DNA of 64,000 bases, taken from the NCBI GenBank assembly GCA_002269645.1, contig NIVC01001995.1:124001-188000 (forward strand). The letters run 5' to 3'. Source of the stretch: Macrostomum lignano (lineage: Eukaryota). Below the pieces are notes generated by a model that was given only the letters and a program-made list of their open reading frames with translations, was not told the origin of the DNA and searched no databases. Each line of letters begins with the position of its first letter. The stretch's first letter is position 1. Positions 24,337 through 36,300 of this stretch are shown here, piece after piece. Both the position numbers and the translations under genes were made by a program.

Positions 24337-27300
24337 TCAACTTAGCTCAGCAATTTGCTCAACCACAACCACACTACCATTTACAGCGTCGCCAAATACA
24401 GCACCTTGACCGTTGCGAAAAGTACACAGAGCAGTTGGACGAGTCACCGAACCAATGGCAGAGTCGACGTCCTTAGCAACGGTAACAACGCCCAACCCGG
24501 AGTTGGCGAGATTAATTAGCAACAATCTGCAGACTTCTCTTATTCCATTGTCACCAAGGCAGACAGCGGCCGGCAGGATTAGTCGATCCCGGCTGTACAC
24601 CATCAGCCCAGTCAGCACCAAAGCCGACGACGTAGCAAATGGAAGCGAATTGAAGTTCAGGCGTCGGATAGGCGAAAAGGACAGCGGCGCCAGCGGAGTC
24701 CGCGCCAGGCCGCAAAGCACTACCGCCGACGGTTGCGATCCGGCCAAGGCCGCTGACGCAACAGCCAGGAGACTGTGGCTTTGGCACCAAGCCAAGCTGG
24801 CAGGCCGGCTGACGCTCAGAGATTCGCCGGACTGACGTTGCCACACGGCCGGGACGAGGCCGGGCTGGCTGGCGGCCAGCAGCAGGCAGTCGGTGTCCGG
24901 ACAGGCCACGCAGACAAGTCCGGCGTCGGATGCGGCAACATCCGTAGCACCGGTGGCAACTTCGGAGCCTTAAACAGTTATTGAAGCGTCGAAGGAGTCA
25001 TTGAAAAGTCATCGGCACTTGGCAAACCAGGGCTATAGTGGTGCATTGGCTAAGACAGGGTTTTTACACTAAGCAGATGTACAGTGGTGCAAATTGTTGT
25101 AAATTACCTTCAAGCGTCCACAGAAGACAACCCGACGGCAACTGGAAGGCGCGCACAGAGGTACTGGATTCGCCAGTTCGCGCCAAAACGAACAGCGCGC
25201 CGCGTCCACCGATGACAGCCGATCGAACCGCGCCGATTCCAGTCAGCGCAGTTAAGCTTGGCGGCAGGGGCTGCTGCTGGCCGCGAATGTCGTAGCAGCC
25301 AAGTCGACCGATTTTTTTAAAATCAGAGTCTTCCTGTTCAACCACGTACAGCCGGTCATTGTGGCAGGCAATAGAGAGCGGCGTGCCGGCGTTGGCGGTG
25401 CGAAAACGCCAGGAGTTTGCGCTACTGGAGGCGGAGGTCGAGGCTGAGACGGCGGAATTGTCGGCGCTTGAGGCAAGCGAATTGGAGCGCTGGGAATTCG
25501 CGAAAATACGAAGACTTAGTCATTGCGCCAACAAACAGATATAGAAATTTGGCACGATTCAACGAGTTTTAAAATAGGATTTTTCGTTTGATTTCATAAA
25601 ATTGTCATTTGATTTCGTCCATAGAAGTTGGCAGCGCGGCCATAGAGTCCACGGCAATAAAGTGCGCTGTTTTCCGATTGAATTCATAACTTTGCCACTT
25701 CATTTCGACTTGACGCGCGGAGTGACTCAAACACTGCCAGAGGGGGCTGGGATATCAGTGGGTGAATATCTATGGCCAAACCTCTCATAGAAATGAAAAG
25801 CCTATATGAACGTGTCCTCTTCTTGGGCAACAGTCACCTTCCTTGTGTGCCTAAAAATGTCTGCATACGCGTCCATTGGAAACGTATAAACGCGGCCAAT
25901 CGTATTCAACTGCGAACTCTGCCACCGTACTCTCCATTTCTTAACGCCGCGGAGCAGGCACACAGTTGTCTCAAGGCTTCGCTTAAACGCCAGCTAGCAA
26001 CACCTGAGCTTCAACAGGAACTTAGCAATCCGCCTGATGGCATCAACCTAACGCAGTGGAGACTCATGGTGCTTTTCCGCTGCGGCTACGTTGCAATAGA
26101 GGAAATTTCCGCCGCGAAGTGCCTTGCCTGCATGGGAACGACATGTGATGCGGTTTTTGCCCCTGTGCATCAATGAGCAGCAGATAATGTGAAATTTGTA
26201 GCGTGTTGCAGCGAACGAGCATTAACTTTGGCGGACATAACTGATTTCACTGTTGCAACTGCCTACTTCCTCGTGTGACTTAAATACACAGCTTTCTGTT
26301 TTTAACAGTTCTTTCTGTACTGGACAAGCGCATCGACTATTCTGTTGCCTTTCTACTGGGTATGTCGAAATGAAGTGGCAAAGCCATGAACTCAATCGGA
26401 AAACAGCGCACTTTATTGCCATAGACTCTATGGCCGCGCTGCCAACTTCTATGGACGAAATCAAATGACAATTCCATGAAATCAAACGAAAAATCCTAAA
26501 TTAATTATAGAGTAATACATCTCCTTTTGAAATCCGTTTGATTTTTACTTGATTAAAATCCCAGACACTAAACTGGTTCATAGACGGCAGCAGTCTGACG
26601 TAGCAGCGTGGGAGATGTTACACAGACAAACCATAGACAACAGAAATCAATTTGGGCATCAATAACTGAGCCACAGGTGGAATGCATGACTAAAGTAAAG
26701 AATGTCACAGAGAGGACCAAAAACGCCGAAATCAGTCTGGTGGAAAGAAAGAGAATCGTGAATGCATGCGTGACTGGTGGTTTGGAGTTTGGTGTTCGTG
26801 AAAGAAAGCAAATCGATGGAGACGACGAATAGAATAAAAACGACAAGATTTCACACTAAAAGGCGCCAAAAGTAGTATTAAAAATCGCCTAGGAGTCTCT
26901 TTTGTAGCGTCTTATTGTCTGCGACTTTGAAACGACTCTGATGCGACGCAAGTGACCCTGCCGCGACGGTATAACGACTCTGGGGCCGTAGACTCGTATT
27001 CGAAGCGTGCTATAGTCGTGTTTGAAGCGCATTTGCGTCGCATGATGAATTAGAGTGACATTTGTTTTTTTTATTAGAGGCAGGGGGGTTGTGTGCACCC
27101 TGGCGCACTTTAAGCGACATAGGCACACAACCGGCGAGAGGCATTGCTGCCCATTCCGCCGACTCCCCTGAGCAGGCATACAAGCGCGCGGATACGTACG
27201 CAGGCACACACTCACACAGGAGTGTACAGCGGCCCTAACTTTATATTATCGTTAGGCATGTACACTTCACTGCGCCTTGGGGGGTTGGTTGGCTCTCAAG

Positions 27301-30300
27301 GCCGTTAATTGCACGAGCAGAGCCAAGCCGAAATTCCAATTCAGCCCCAAATTAATGTGACTGCACTTGGAATCGAGCCTGGGTCGCTGGCACACCAGAG
27401 CAGCTGCGCTACCGCTGGGCTACGGCCCCCCTAGAAAAATGTATGCGGCCAACACACACGATTCTTGGATTCTATCAAGACTTACGCGTTTGAGTCGTTA
27501 AAGTAAGTCACAAAAGTGACTCCAGAGTCGTTTTCTAAAACCTAGTCTAATCAATTTTTCCAAAAAACGAATAAAGTTTCGGACTGAGACTCGACCTTGG
27601 ATAGTTGTGATGCAGAAAATTTTAGAGCTTCTCAATCAATTTTCATCGGGAATGGTCTTGTTTAAGATAAAACGAGCAGCTTGTTTTTGAAGTTTCTTTA
27701 GGGAGTAACCCGTCGAACTTTTCACCCAGAATTTTTTCCGGAATTTCGTGACCCGGGCCCGATTTTTAATTGATTTCCAGGTGAACGCCCGGATCAGCTT
27801 TTTTGGCCCGGAACAGCCCCTTTTCCCGGAAAAAGATCCGGAAATATGTTCCGGTAAAATTACGGGAAAAGGAAAGCTGTTCCGGTTGGATTTTCCGGAA
27901 TTTTTCACTCGGAACACTATGGAATTCTGGGTGTACACCCGAATTTCAGTAGTGTTCCGGGTGAAAATGTTCCGGGTGAGATTTCGGGACTTCAGTCGGA
28001 ATTCTCCAGTGATCCGGACCAAATGATCCGGAAAATTCACCCGGATCAGCTCCCTTGACCCGAATTTCAGCCAAATTCCGGGCGAAGCTGATCCGGGAAA
28101 ATTTCGGGACTTGAGTCGGAATCAATCCGGCATCCATTATACAAGTACCGTGGGGATTTTGAGAGGAAGCCTCCGATGGAAAACCGCTGAATACAGACCC
28201 CAGCAAATGGGTATCCCATCAGGCAATCCCTGGCATCCATTTGGTCAACGGCGCTAATTCCTCTTGGAAAGCGAGGGGTAATAAAGCCTCGAAATTGCAA
28301 TATGAATTGATCTGCTTTTCGGCGGCTCTGTAGTGTCCGTAATGTGAGGCTGAGCCCATCCTCCGTACAGGTGACAATTGAAAAATTGTTGCGCCCTGTT
28401 TGTGTGCGAGAGGTTTGACTTCCACTGGCATGTAGTCTATCACAGCTGCTTAGTGTGTCAACGGTCTGAATGATTCTATCGTCATATTTGACGCTTAGAA
28501 GCATAAAATCAGCCAACCATATTGTTTGGCACAGCTGGGTGTCTAGACGGAGACTGTGGCATGGTTCCAAATAGCTCTAACTGGCCCAGTATGCAAAGCA
28601 GCTTTCCTATTAAGATAGACGCTAATCCGATTTTTGTCGGTACATGCTTCCAGTGGTTTGTCTAAGGCGTTTGCAGTTGCACCAGCCGTGAGCAGATCCC
28701 GTCTAGAGTAGTCTATACGGACTACTATGGTCGGTAACCATATCGTGTGGCTCAAGGCAGCTGATAAGCTGACCCGCGATGGATAATCAATCCTCGCTTC
28801 TGTTGTGGCTCAAGGCAGCTGATAAGCTGACCTGCGATGGATAATCAATCCTCGCTTCTGTTGTGGCTCAAGGCAGCTGATAAGCTGACCTGCGATGGAT
28901 AATCAATCCTCGCTTCTGTTGTGGCTCAAGGCAGCTGCTAAGCTGACCTGCGATGGATAATCAATCCTCGCTTCTGTTGTGGCTCAAGGCAGCTGATAAG
29001 CTGACCTGCGATGGATAATCAATTCTCGCTTCTGTTGTGGCTCAAGGCAGCTGCTAAGCTGACCTGCGATGGATAATCATTAATCAATCCTCGCTTCTGT
29101 TGTGGCTCAAGGCAGCTGCTAAGCTGACCTGCGATGGATAATCAATCCTCGCTTCTGTTGTGGCTCAAGGCAGCTGCTAAGCTGACCTGCGATGGATAAT
29201 CAATCCTCGCTTCTGTTGTGGCTCAAGGCAGCTGATAAGCTGACCTGCGAGGGGTAATAAAGCCTCGCTTTGATGAGACAACTTATCTGCTTTACGGCGG
29301 CACTGTAGCGTCCGTAATGTGAGGCTGAGCCCATCCTCCGTACAGGTGACAATTGAAAAATTGTTGCGCCCTGTTTGTGTGCGAGAGGTTTGACTTCCAC
29401 TGGCATGTAGTCTATCACAGCTGCTTAGTGTGTCAACGGTCTGAATGATTCTATCGTCATATTTGACGCTTAGAAGCATAAAATCAGCCAACCATATTGT
29501 TTGGCACAGCTGGGTGTCTAGACGGAGACTGTGGCATGGTTCCAAATAGCTCTAACTGGCCCAGTATGCAAAGCAGCTTTCCTATTAAGATAGACGCTAA
29601 TCCGATTTTTGTCGGTACATGCTTCCAGTGGTTTGTCTAAGGCGTTTGCAGTTGCACCAGCCGTGAGCAGATCCCGTCTAGAGTAGTCTATACGGACTAC
29701 TATGGTCGGTAACCATATCGTGTGGCTCAAGGCAGCTGATAAGCTGACCCGCGATGGATAATCAATCCTCGCTTCTGTTGTGGCTCAAGGCAGCTGATAA
29801 GCTGACCTGCGATGGATAATCAATCCTCGCTTCTGTTGTGGCTCAAGGCAGCTGATAAGCTGACCTGCGATGGATAATCAATCCTCGCTTCTGTTGTGGC
29901 TCAAGGCAGCTGCTAAGCTGACCTGCGATGGATAATCAATCCTCGCTTCTGTTGTGGCTCAAGGCAGCTTATAAGCTGACCTGCGATGGATAATCCTCGC
30001 TTCTGTTGTGGCTCAAGGCAGCTGATAAGCTGACCTGCGATGGATAATCAATTCTCGCTTCTGTTGTGGCTCAAGGCAGCTGCTAAGCTGACCTGCGATG
30101 GATAATCAATCCTCGCTTCTGTTGTGGCTCAAGGCAGCTGCTAAGCTGACCTGCGATGGATAATCAATCCTCGCTTCTGTTGTGGCTCAAGGCAGCTGAT
30201 AAGCTGACCTGCGAGGGGTAATAAAGCCTCGCTTTGATGAGACAACTTATCTGCTTTACGGCGGCACTGTAGCGTCCGTAATGTGAGGCTGAGCCCATCC

Positions 30301-33300
30301 TCCGTACAGGTGACAATTGAAAAATTGTTGCGCCCTGTTTGTGTGCGAGAGGTTTGACTTCCACTGGCATGTAGTCTATCACAGCTGCTTAGTGTGTCAA
30401 CGGTCTGAATGATTCTATCGTCATATTTGACGCTTAGAAGCATAAAATCAGCCAACCATATTGTTTGGCACAGCTGGGTGTCTAGACGGAGACTGTGGCA
30501 TGGTTCCAAATAGCTCTAACTGGCCCAGTATGCAAAGCAGCTTTCCTATTAAGATAGACGCTAATCCGATTTTTGTCGGTACATGCTTCCAGTGGTTTGT
30601 CTAAGGCGTTTGCAGTTGCACCAGCCGTGAGCAGATCACGTTGTCACGGCTGCTAACAAGAGTACCGGATCCCGGTATTCCGCCACTCTCTGGAAGGGGC
30701 CTTTGGATAGAAAGGCCCAAGCGATTGAAGCGACTGCTTTGGCGCGTGTGCCGTCGCAGCAACCGCAGCCGTCACGAAGCCCGTCATGCACTACAATGAT
30801 GGATCAGATTCGGGCCCAAGGCGAAGCCGAGGACGAACTGTGTACGTTTTTTATGCATATACTAGAAGACGTTAGCAGCCTCGTATATATATAAGTGTTG
30901 TCGATTCTTAAGTTTGAATCTGCTTCGCCACTCTCCTCATTTTTATGTACTTAATAGGCCATCAATTGAGCGGAGTTCGTGAAAAGCTGTCGGAGGCTCA
31001 AGCCGAAAATCGTCAGATGAATGAAAGCTGAAGTTCTTCGATTGGAAGCTATCTCCGCTACGAGCTCGTCGGAATCCGACACGACCGTGGCGAGAAGCCA
31101 GGCAGTGCTCTTTCAATCTCGGCCAGCCGCAGAGCGGCAAAAGAAGGCGGACCAGGTGAAGGCGCGACGAATCGCCAGTGCTGCCGAAAATGAGGGGCCG
31201 ACTTCTGGAAACATATATTTCCAGACGGCGAGCTACTCGAGGAGTGAAATGCGGGCGATGTCCAAGATCGAGTGCATAACACCACCACCGCATTTATTTG
31301 CAATTAATTTCTAGGTTTTTGTTAAGGCCAAATTTGCTGGGTTCGATTTCATTAGAAACGCTCTTCGAGACATTGGCTGTCTACATTTATGAGCCCTGAT
31401 AGGTCCTGGAAAATGAGACAAAAGTCGTTCCTTAATTTTTGCGGAGATCTTTACAATTCTTAAGCAAGTGAATAGACAAGTCAGCTGACTTGAGTTAACT
31501 AGCTAATTAGCTGTATAGCGAGTGACCCACCTGACAGATGCAATCAGAGGTAGGCGATGGGGATCCCTGAAGAGTAGCCAATGTCGCGATAAGGTATATA
31601 AAACCGCATACGGCTTCAAAAAAAGTTAATGGTAGCATCGAAGTCCAGCTGCCCATCCGAGTGACATTCAGAAGGTCAGCATTTTTTGTTTCTGAAAGTA
31701 CGTAGAAGTGCATAGAAATATACGATTTGCAGTTGTGCACAACTGAATTCAGTATTTCTGTTCGTGGACGGCTAAATCGAATTCGATTCAATTCGTAGTC
31801 GTGGAAAATGTATGGAACAATGACCCGTTCTTTATTTAATTTTCTGCTACTGTGATAAGCCCAAGATTTGGCTGCAAATCCGGTTCAATCATCCAGAATT
31901 CACCTGGATTCGTGTGCTAATCCGGTTCACTCTCCCGGAATTCGCCCGGATTTGTGTGCTGATCCGGTTCACTCGAACGGAATTAGCCCGGATTTGTGTG
32001 CTGATCCGGTTCACTCGCCCGGAATTGTGTGCTGATCCGGTTCACTCGCCCGGAATTAGCCCGGATTTGTGTGCTGATCCGGTTCACTCGCCCGGAATAT
32101 TCGATTCAATTCGTAGTCGTGGAAAATGTATGGAACAATGACCCGTTCTTTATTTAATTTTCTGCTACTGTGATAAGCCCAAGATTTGGCTGCAAATCCG
32201 GTTCAATCATCCAGAATTCACCTGGATTCGTGTGCTAATCCGGTTCACTCTCCCGGAATTCGCCCGGATTTGTGTGCTGATCCGGTTCACTCGAACGGAA
32301 TTAGCCCGGATTTGTGTGCTGATCCGGTTCACTCGCCCGGAATTGTGTGCTGATCCGGTTCACTCGCCCGGAATTAGCCCGGATTTGTGTGCTGATCCGG
32401 TTCACTCGCCCGGAATTAGCCCGGATTTGTGTGCTGATCCGGTTCACTCGCCCGAAATTAGCCCGGATTTGTGTGCTGATCCGGTTCACTTGCCCGGAAT
32501 TGTGTGCTGATCCGGTTCACTCGCCCGGAATTGTGTGCTGATCCGGTTCACTCGCCCGGAATTCGCCCGGATTTGTGTGCTGATCCGGTTCACTCGCCCG
32601 GAATTAGCCCGGATTTGTGTGCTGATCCGGTTCACTCGCCCGAAATTAGCCCGGATTTGTGTGCTGATCCGGTTCACTCGCCCGGAATTGTGTGCTGATC
32701 CGGTTCACTCGCCCGGATTCGGCTGCAGATCCGGTTCACTCGCCCGGATTCGGCTGCAGATCCGGTTCACTCGCCCGGAATTCGCCCGGAACTGTCACCG
32801 AAATTTTTTTATTGATCCGGGTCAATTTTCCGGAATTTTTCTTTTTGATCCGGAAAATTCGCCCGGATTCTGTAAACTTTCGTTACAGATCCGGAATTTC
32901 CACCCGGATCGGATTGCATTACTGGAATATGAAAAAATTCCGGGTGAACGCAAAAAATTCCGGGCGAAATTCCGGGTGAAAAGTTCGACGGGAAATATTC
33001 AGAGCACCGGCCCATATAATTCGTACAGAAGTAAATCCCAGGAAGGAGCCGACACCCATGGACAAAATTAACACTAGAATACTCATTAAGTTACCCATAT
33101 TGCATTTTAGGCTGGCATGATTTTGCTTATAGTTCAGTGACCTCTCTGGGGAATATACGCGTATAACATCTATGGCGACGCATTCACTTACGTTAGCTAA
33201 AACAGCACGGTAAGGAGGTTCACTGGCAACCAGTTGCTTTGCCTCATCATTGGCCGTCTTTGCCTCTATTCTGGCGCTGATATTGGCTTTAACTGTGTCG

Positions 33301-36300
33301 CCAGTGCCGCCAGCAGCTGAGAAGGACTCAGTCAACGGTATGAACAGGCTGGAAAGGCGAAGTGCAGCACCTGAGATAACAGTGCTGACTGACCTGATTG
33401 AACTTGCAGCTGGCAAGAGAAGCGGTTCAATGCCGTCAGCGGAACGGAAGCCGCAATTTGGGCAGGCAAGGTCGCGAGTTCGAGAATCCTGTAGCGCGAC
33501 GAGACAAGGTGCGCAGAACACGTGGCCGCAAGGCATCCGTCTCGGATCAATAAACGACGCGTTGCAGACGTTGCAGGTTTGAGTGATGTCCCTCTTCTGC
33601 TGCGCCTTGTCTGGGAGAGCATTTTCTTGACTGGACAGGCTGCAGTTTTTTAGATTGGCTGTGTAACCAGTGTTATTTGTCTCTTCATTAACATTGGATT
33701 GAGCACTAGCCATTTCTGAAGCTTTCACCGACAAAGAAGATACTTTGGGAGCAGCAGCCATCGACGCAGTGATACTAGAGGCACTAAACGTCTCAATGCT
33801 TGGCCCAGCAGAAGATTTTTGCTTACGCGCAGTGGACACAGCAACTGTTGCCACGTCAGCTGTAGCCGACTGATTCGCTAAGTTGGCCGGTTCTCTAAAG
33901 GAAAATGAAAAGAAAGGAAGTTGAAATCTAGTCGCGGAACAAGTCTATAGAATTAATTTAAGAATAAATAACCGAAATTATACTTTTAGCCGAGTCAGAC
34001 ATTCGATTTATCCATCTGATTCTAGATATGCTTACGAAGGTACCTAAAAAGTTTTTGGACTTGACCCTTTTTGAGCAAAGTCAGTGCACCAAACTTTCAC
34101 ACCTTTTCAGAGTACCCCCCACTCTGAATGCAGCGCTCCATACAAAGAAACCAGGCTTGAAAGCACTGGGACCACTTTTTAGGCATAGGCACCTCTTCTA
34201 GAGCCTGTAGGGAGGCTCTGTAGGCTTCCTCTTCGTCATGGAATTAAAGTTTTTCTGTTTTTCCTTGGCTAGTGCAAACAACAAGTAGTCCCACGGTGCC
34301 AAGTCAGGAGAATAAGGCGGATGGGGAAGCAGCTGAATGGATTTCTGAGCCATGAAATCCACATTGCGAGCTGCTGTGTGTGCACAATGGCATTTTCGTG
34401 GTGCCACAACAGACCGCACGTTCCGCTGCGAGGTCTCTTCTCGCGCCACTTCTGCAGAACCTCTGGAACGCATACTGTTGTGTACCATTCTGCATTGACT
34501 GTTCTTTGCTTATTAAGTGGCACAATCGCCAAATCGCCTGTTATGGAGAAGAAAGTGGCGACCATCTTTGAGTTAAAAAGCTAAAAATTTAGGAAATGAC
34601 CGAGGAAAGGATGTTCGAGTCCAAAAAATGTTTAGGTACCCTCGTATAATAGCCAACGCTTCAAATTAGGTTGCCTATTTGCTATAGGAAAGGCACAACA
34701 TATCGAAAGGTGAACATTGGGTCTGCCTCCTATCAGAAGCAATAACAATTTTAATATGAAAAAAGTGAAGTTTCTATCTCCGCAGTGTATTGTTCAGCGA
34801 AAACCAGCCTCTTTAACATTTTCTAAGAAACGTAGTTTACCGCCCTACTACTTTGAGTAGTCCTTGGCCGACACACAAAAGCACTACTCACGCTGGCCTA
34901 TCAATAAACAGTACGGAGCCGAGCTTGTCCCAGACTGCCACAGTCTGGCAGTTGTCATCGTCACTCGTGCTTGTCACATCGGCTGGCAGGCACTGCGCCA
35001 GCTGCACATGGCGCACCGAGTAATCATCTAGCGAGGTGGCGCCCGGCGGCAGCCAGCTGACAACTAACCGGCCGAGCCAGTAGCGCGCCACAACCAGCTC
35101 GCCATCTGCGCGCACCAGCAGCGCCGGCAGAGTGGCCGATTGAAGAGATACACAAGGCCGCTGGGCTGGCCGAAATTCCGCTGTTGAAGTGGCCGAGTTT
35201 GCATTGATTTTATAAGCGCGGATCGAATACTCGGAGCTGCTGTCGGCTAATTGGTCTATGACCAGCAGCAGCCTGTACTGCCGGCACCAGAACAGGCGCT
35301 TGGGCTGCACGGGTGCGTTGGACTTAAATGTGCACCTGTTGGTGATGTTAAATCAGCATTAGGAATGTAAATAGGGAATGTCAACCAAAGCACCGGGATG
35401 TAGCCAATCTATAACTTGTTCGACTAGCCGATTAGAGAGGCCGTGACATCTCACCCATACCCCTCCTTTGAAGAAGCTTTGGACTTTTATAGGATAGGAA
35501 ATTTATCGGAGTCTACAAATTGACTGCCTCAAATTCTAACCAATTTGAAAAAAAGAATATAAAAAAGAAATTAAAGTAACTCTTCATGCGATTTTTTACA
35601 CATCAATACAATGTCGTGTGCTGTCAAGAAAGCTTTCACCAACCCTGTTGTATACCTAAGGTCAACTTTGTTAGAAAGACTGAAACTTTCTAAGCTGTAT
35701 GCCAACATGTGTAAGCCAAGGACTGCTCAACTAGAAGGACGGGGAAACTAATTTTCTTAGAAAACGTTAAGGAGGCCTAAGGTTTTGCCGAAAAATACAC
35801 TACAGAGATAGGACCTTTTCCTTTTTTCATATTAAAATTGCTATTGCTTTCGATAGGAGGCAGAGCCAATGTTCAGCTTTTGATATGTTTTGCCCTTCTT
35901 ATAGCTCTATTGATATTTTTATTCTACGTACAATTGCATATGTCCTGTGCCTAAAAACCATTAAAATGGCACGGCTCGGCTCACTGGTTTTATGAATATA
36001 TTTTAATATCTCAGCTGACTGTGTAAGAATATGTGTGACAGAGATGATAAAATAGATTCATAAAACCAGAGTCGAGCAGTGCCATGCATTTTTATGACTT
36101 CTAGGTACAGGGAATGTACGTAGAATAAAAATCTAACATAGAATCCTAATTTTCTGAAGAAAAAAATCTTTATTAATATCAATAGAGCTATAGGAAAGGC
36201 AAAAAATATCAAACTGCCTCCTATCGAAAGCAATAACAATTTCAAAATGAAAAAGTGAAAAGCTCCTATCTCTGTAGTGCATGTTTTTCGAAAAAACATG

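Larger units (their letters stand above)
27709..32992. mobile_element. 5.3-kb non-autonomous TIR element, CMC/EnSpm(CACTA)-like
   Basis: TIR CCCGTCGAACTTTTCACCC(A/G)GAATTT at both ends, flanked by AA|CCC and GGG|AA (2-bp TSD). Dense CCGG-rich subterminal repeats at 27709-28135 and 31900-32992. No transposase recognised, so the superfamily is inferred from the termini only. Confidence 0.7.

Noticed and set aside
23101-24337. Splicing of gene D into gene B to make one giant protein
   Set aside because: Gene D ends in a clean stop, and no phase-0 donor was found near its end to match the acceptor at 23102.
25359-25544. Plus-strand 61-aa ORF with a coiled-coil look
   Set aside because: It is the antisense shadow of exon 4 of gene D.
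28746-30212. CRISPR-like array (58-bp repeats next to longer units)
   Set aside because: The repeats are directly tandem with no unique spacers, there are no cas genes, and the context is eukaryotic.
28746-30212. Hammerhead ribozyme in the 58-mer (CTGATAAG resembles CUGAUGA)
   Set aside because: The core is CTGATAA/CTGCTAA rather than CUGANGA, and there is no GAAA or third stem.
30703-31314. MADF/BESS-like or transposase accessory ORFs inside the CACTA-like element
   Set aside because: The ORFs are short with only a vague EDELCTFF similarity, which cannot be supported without an HMM search.
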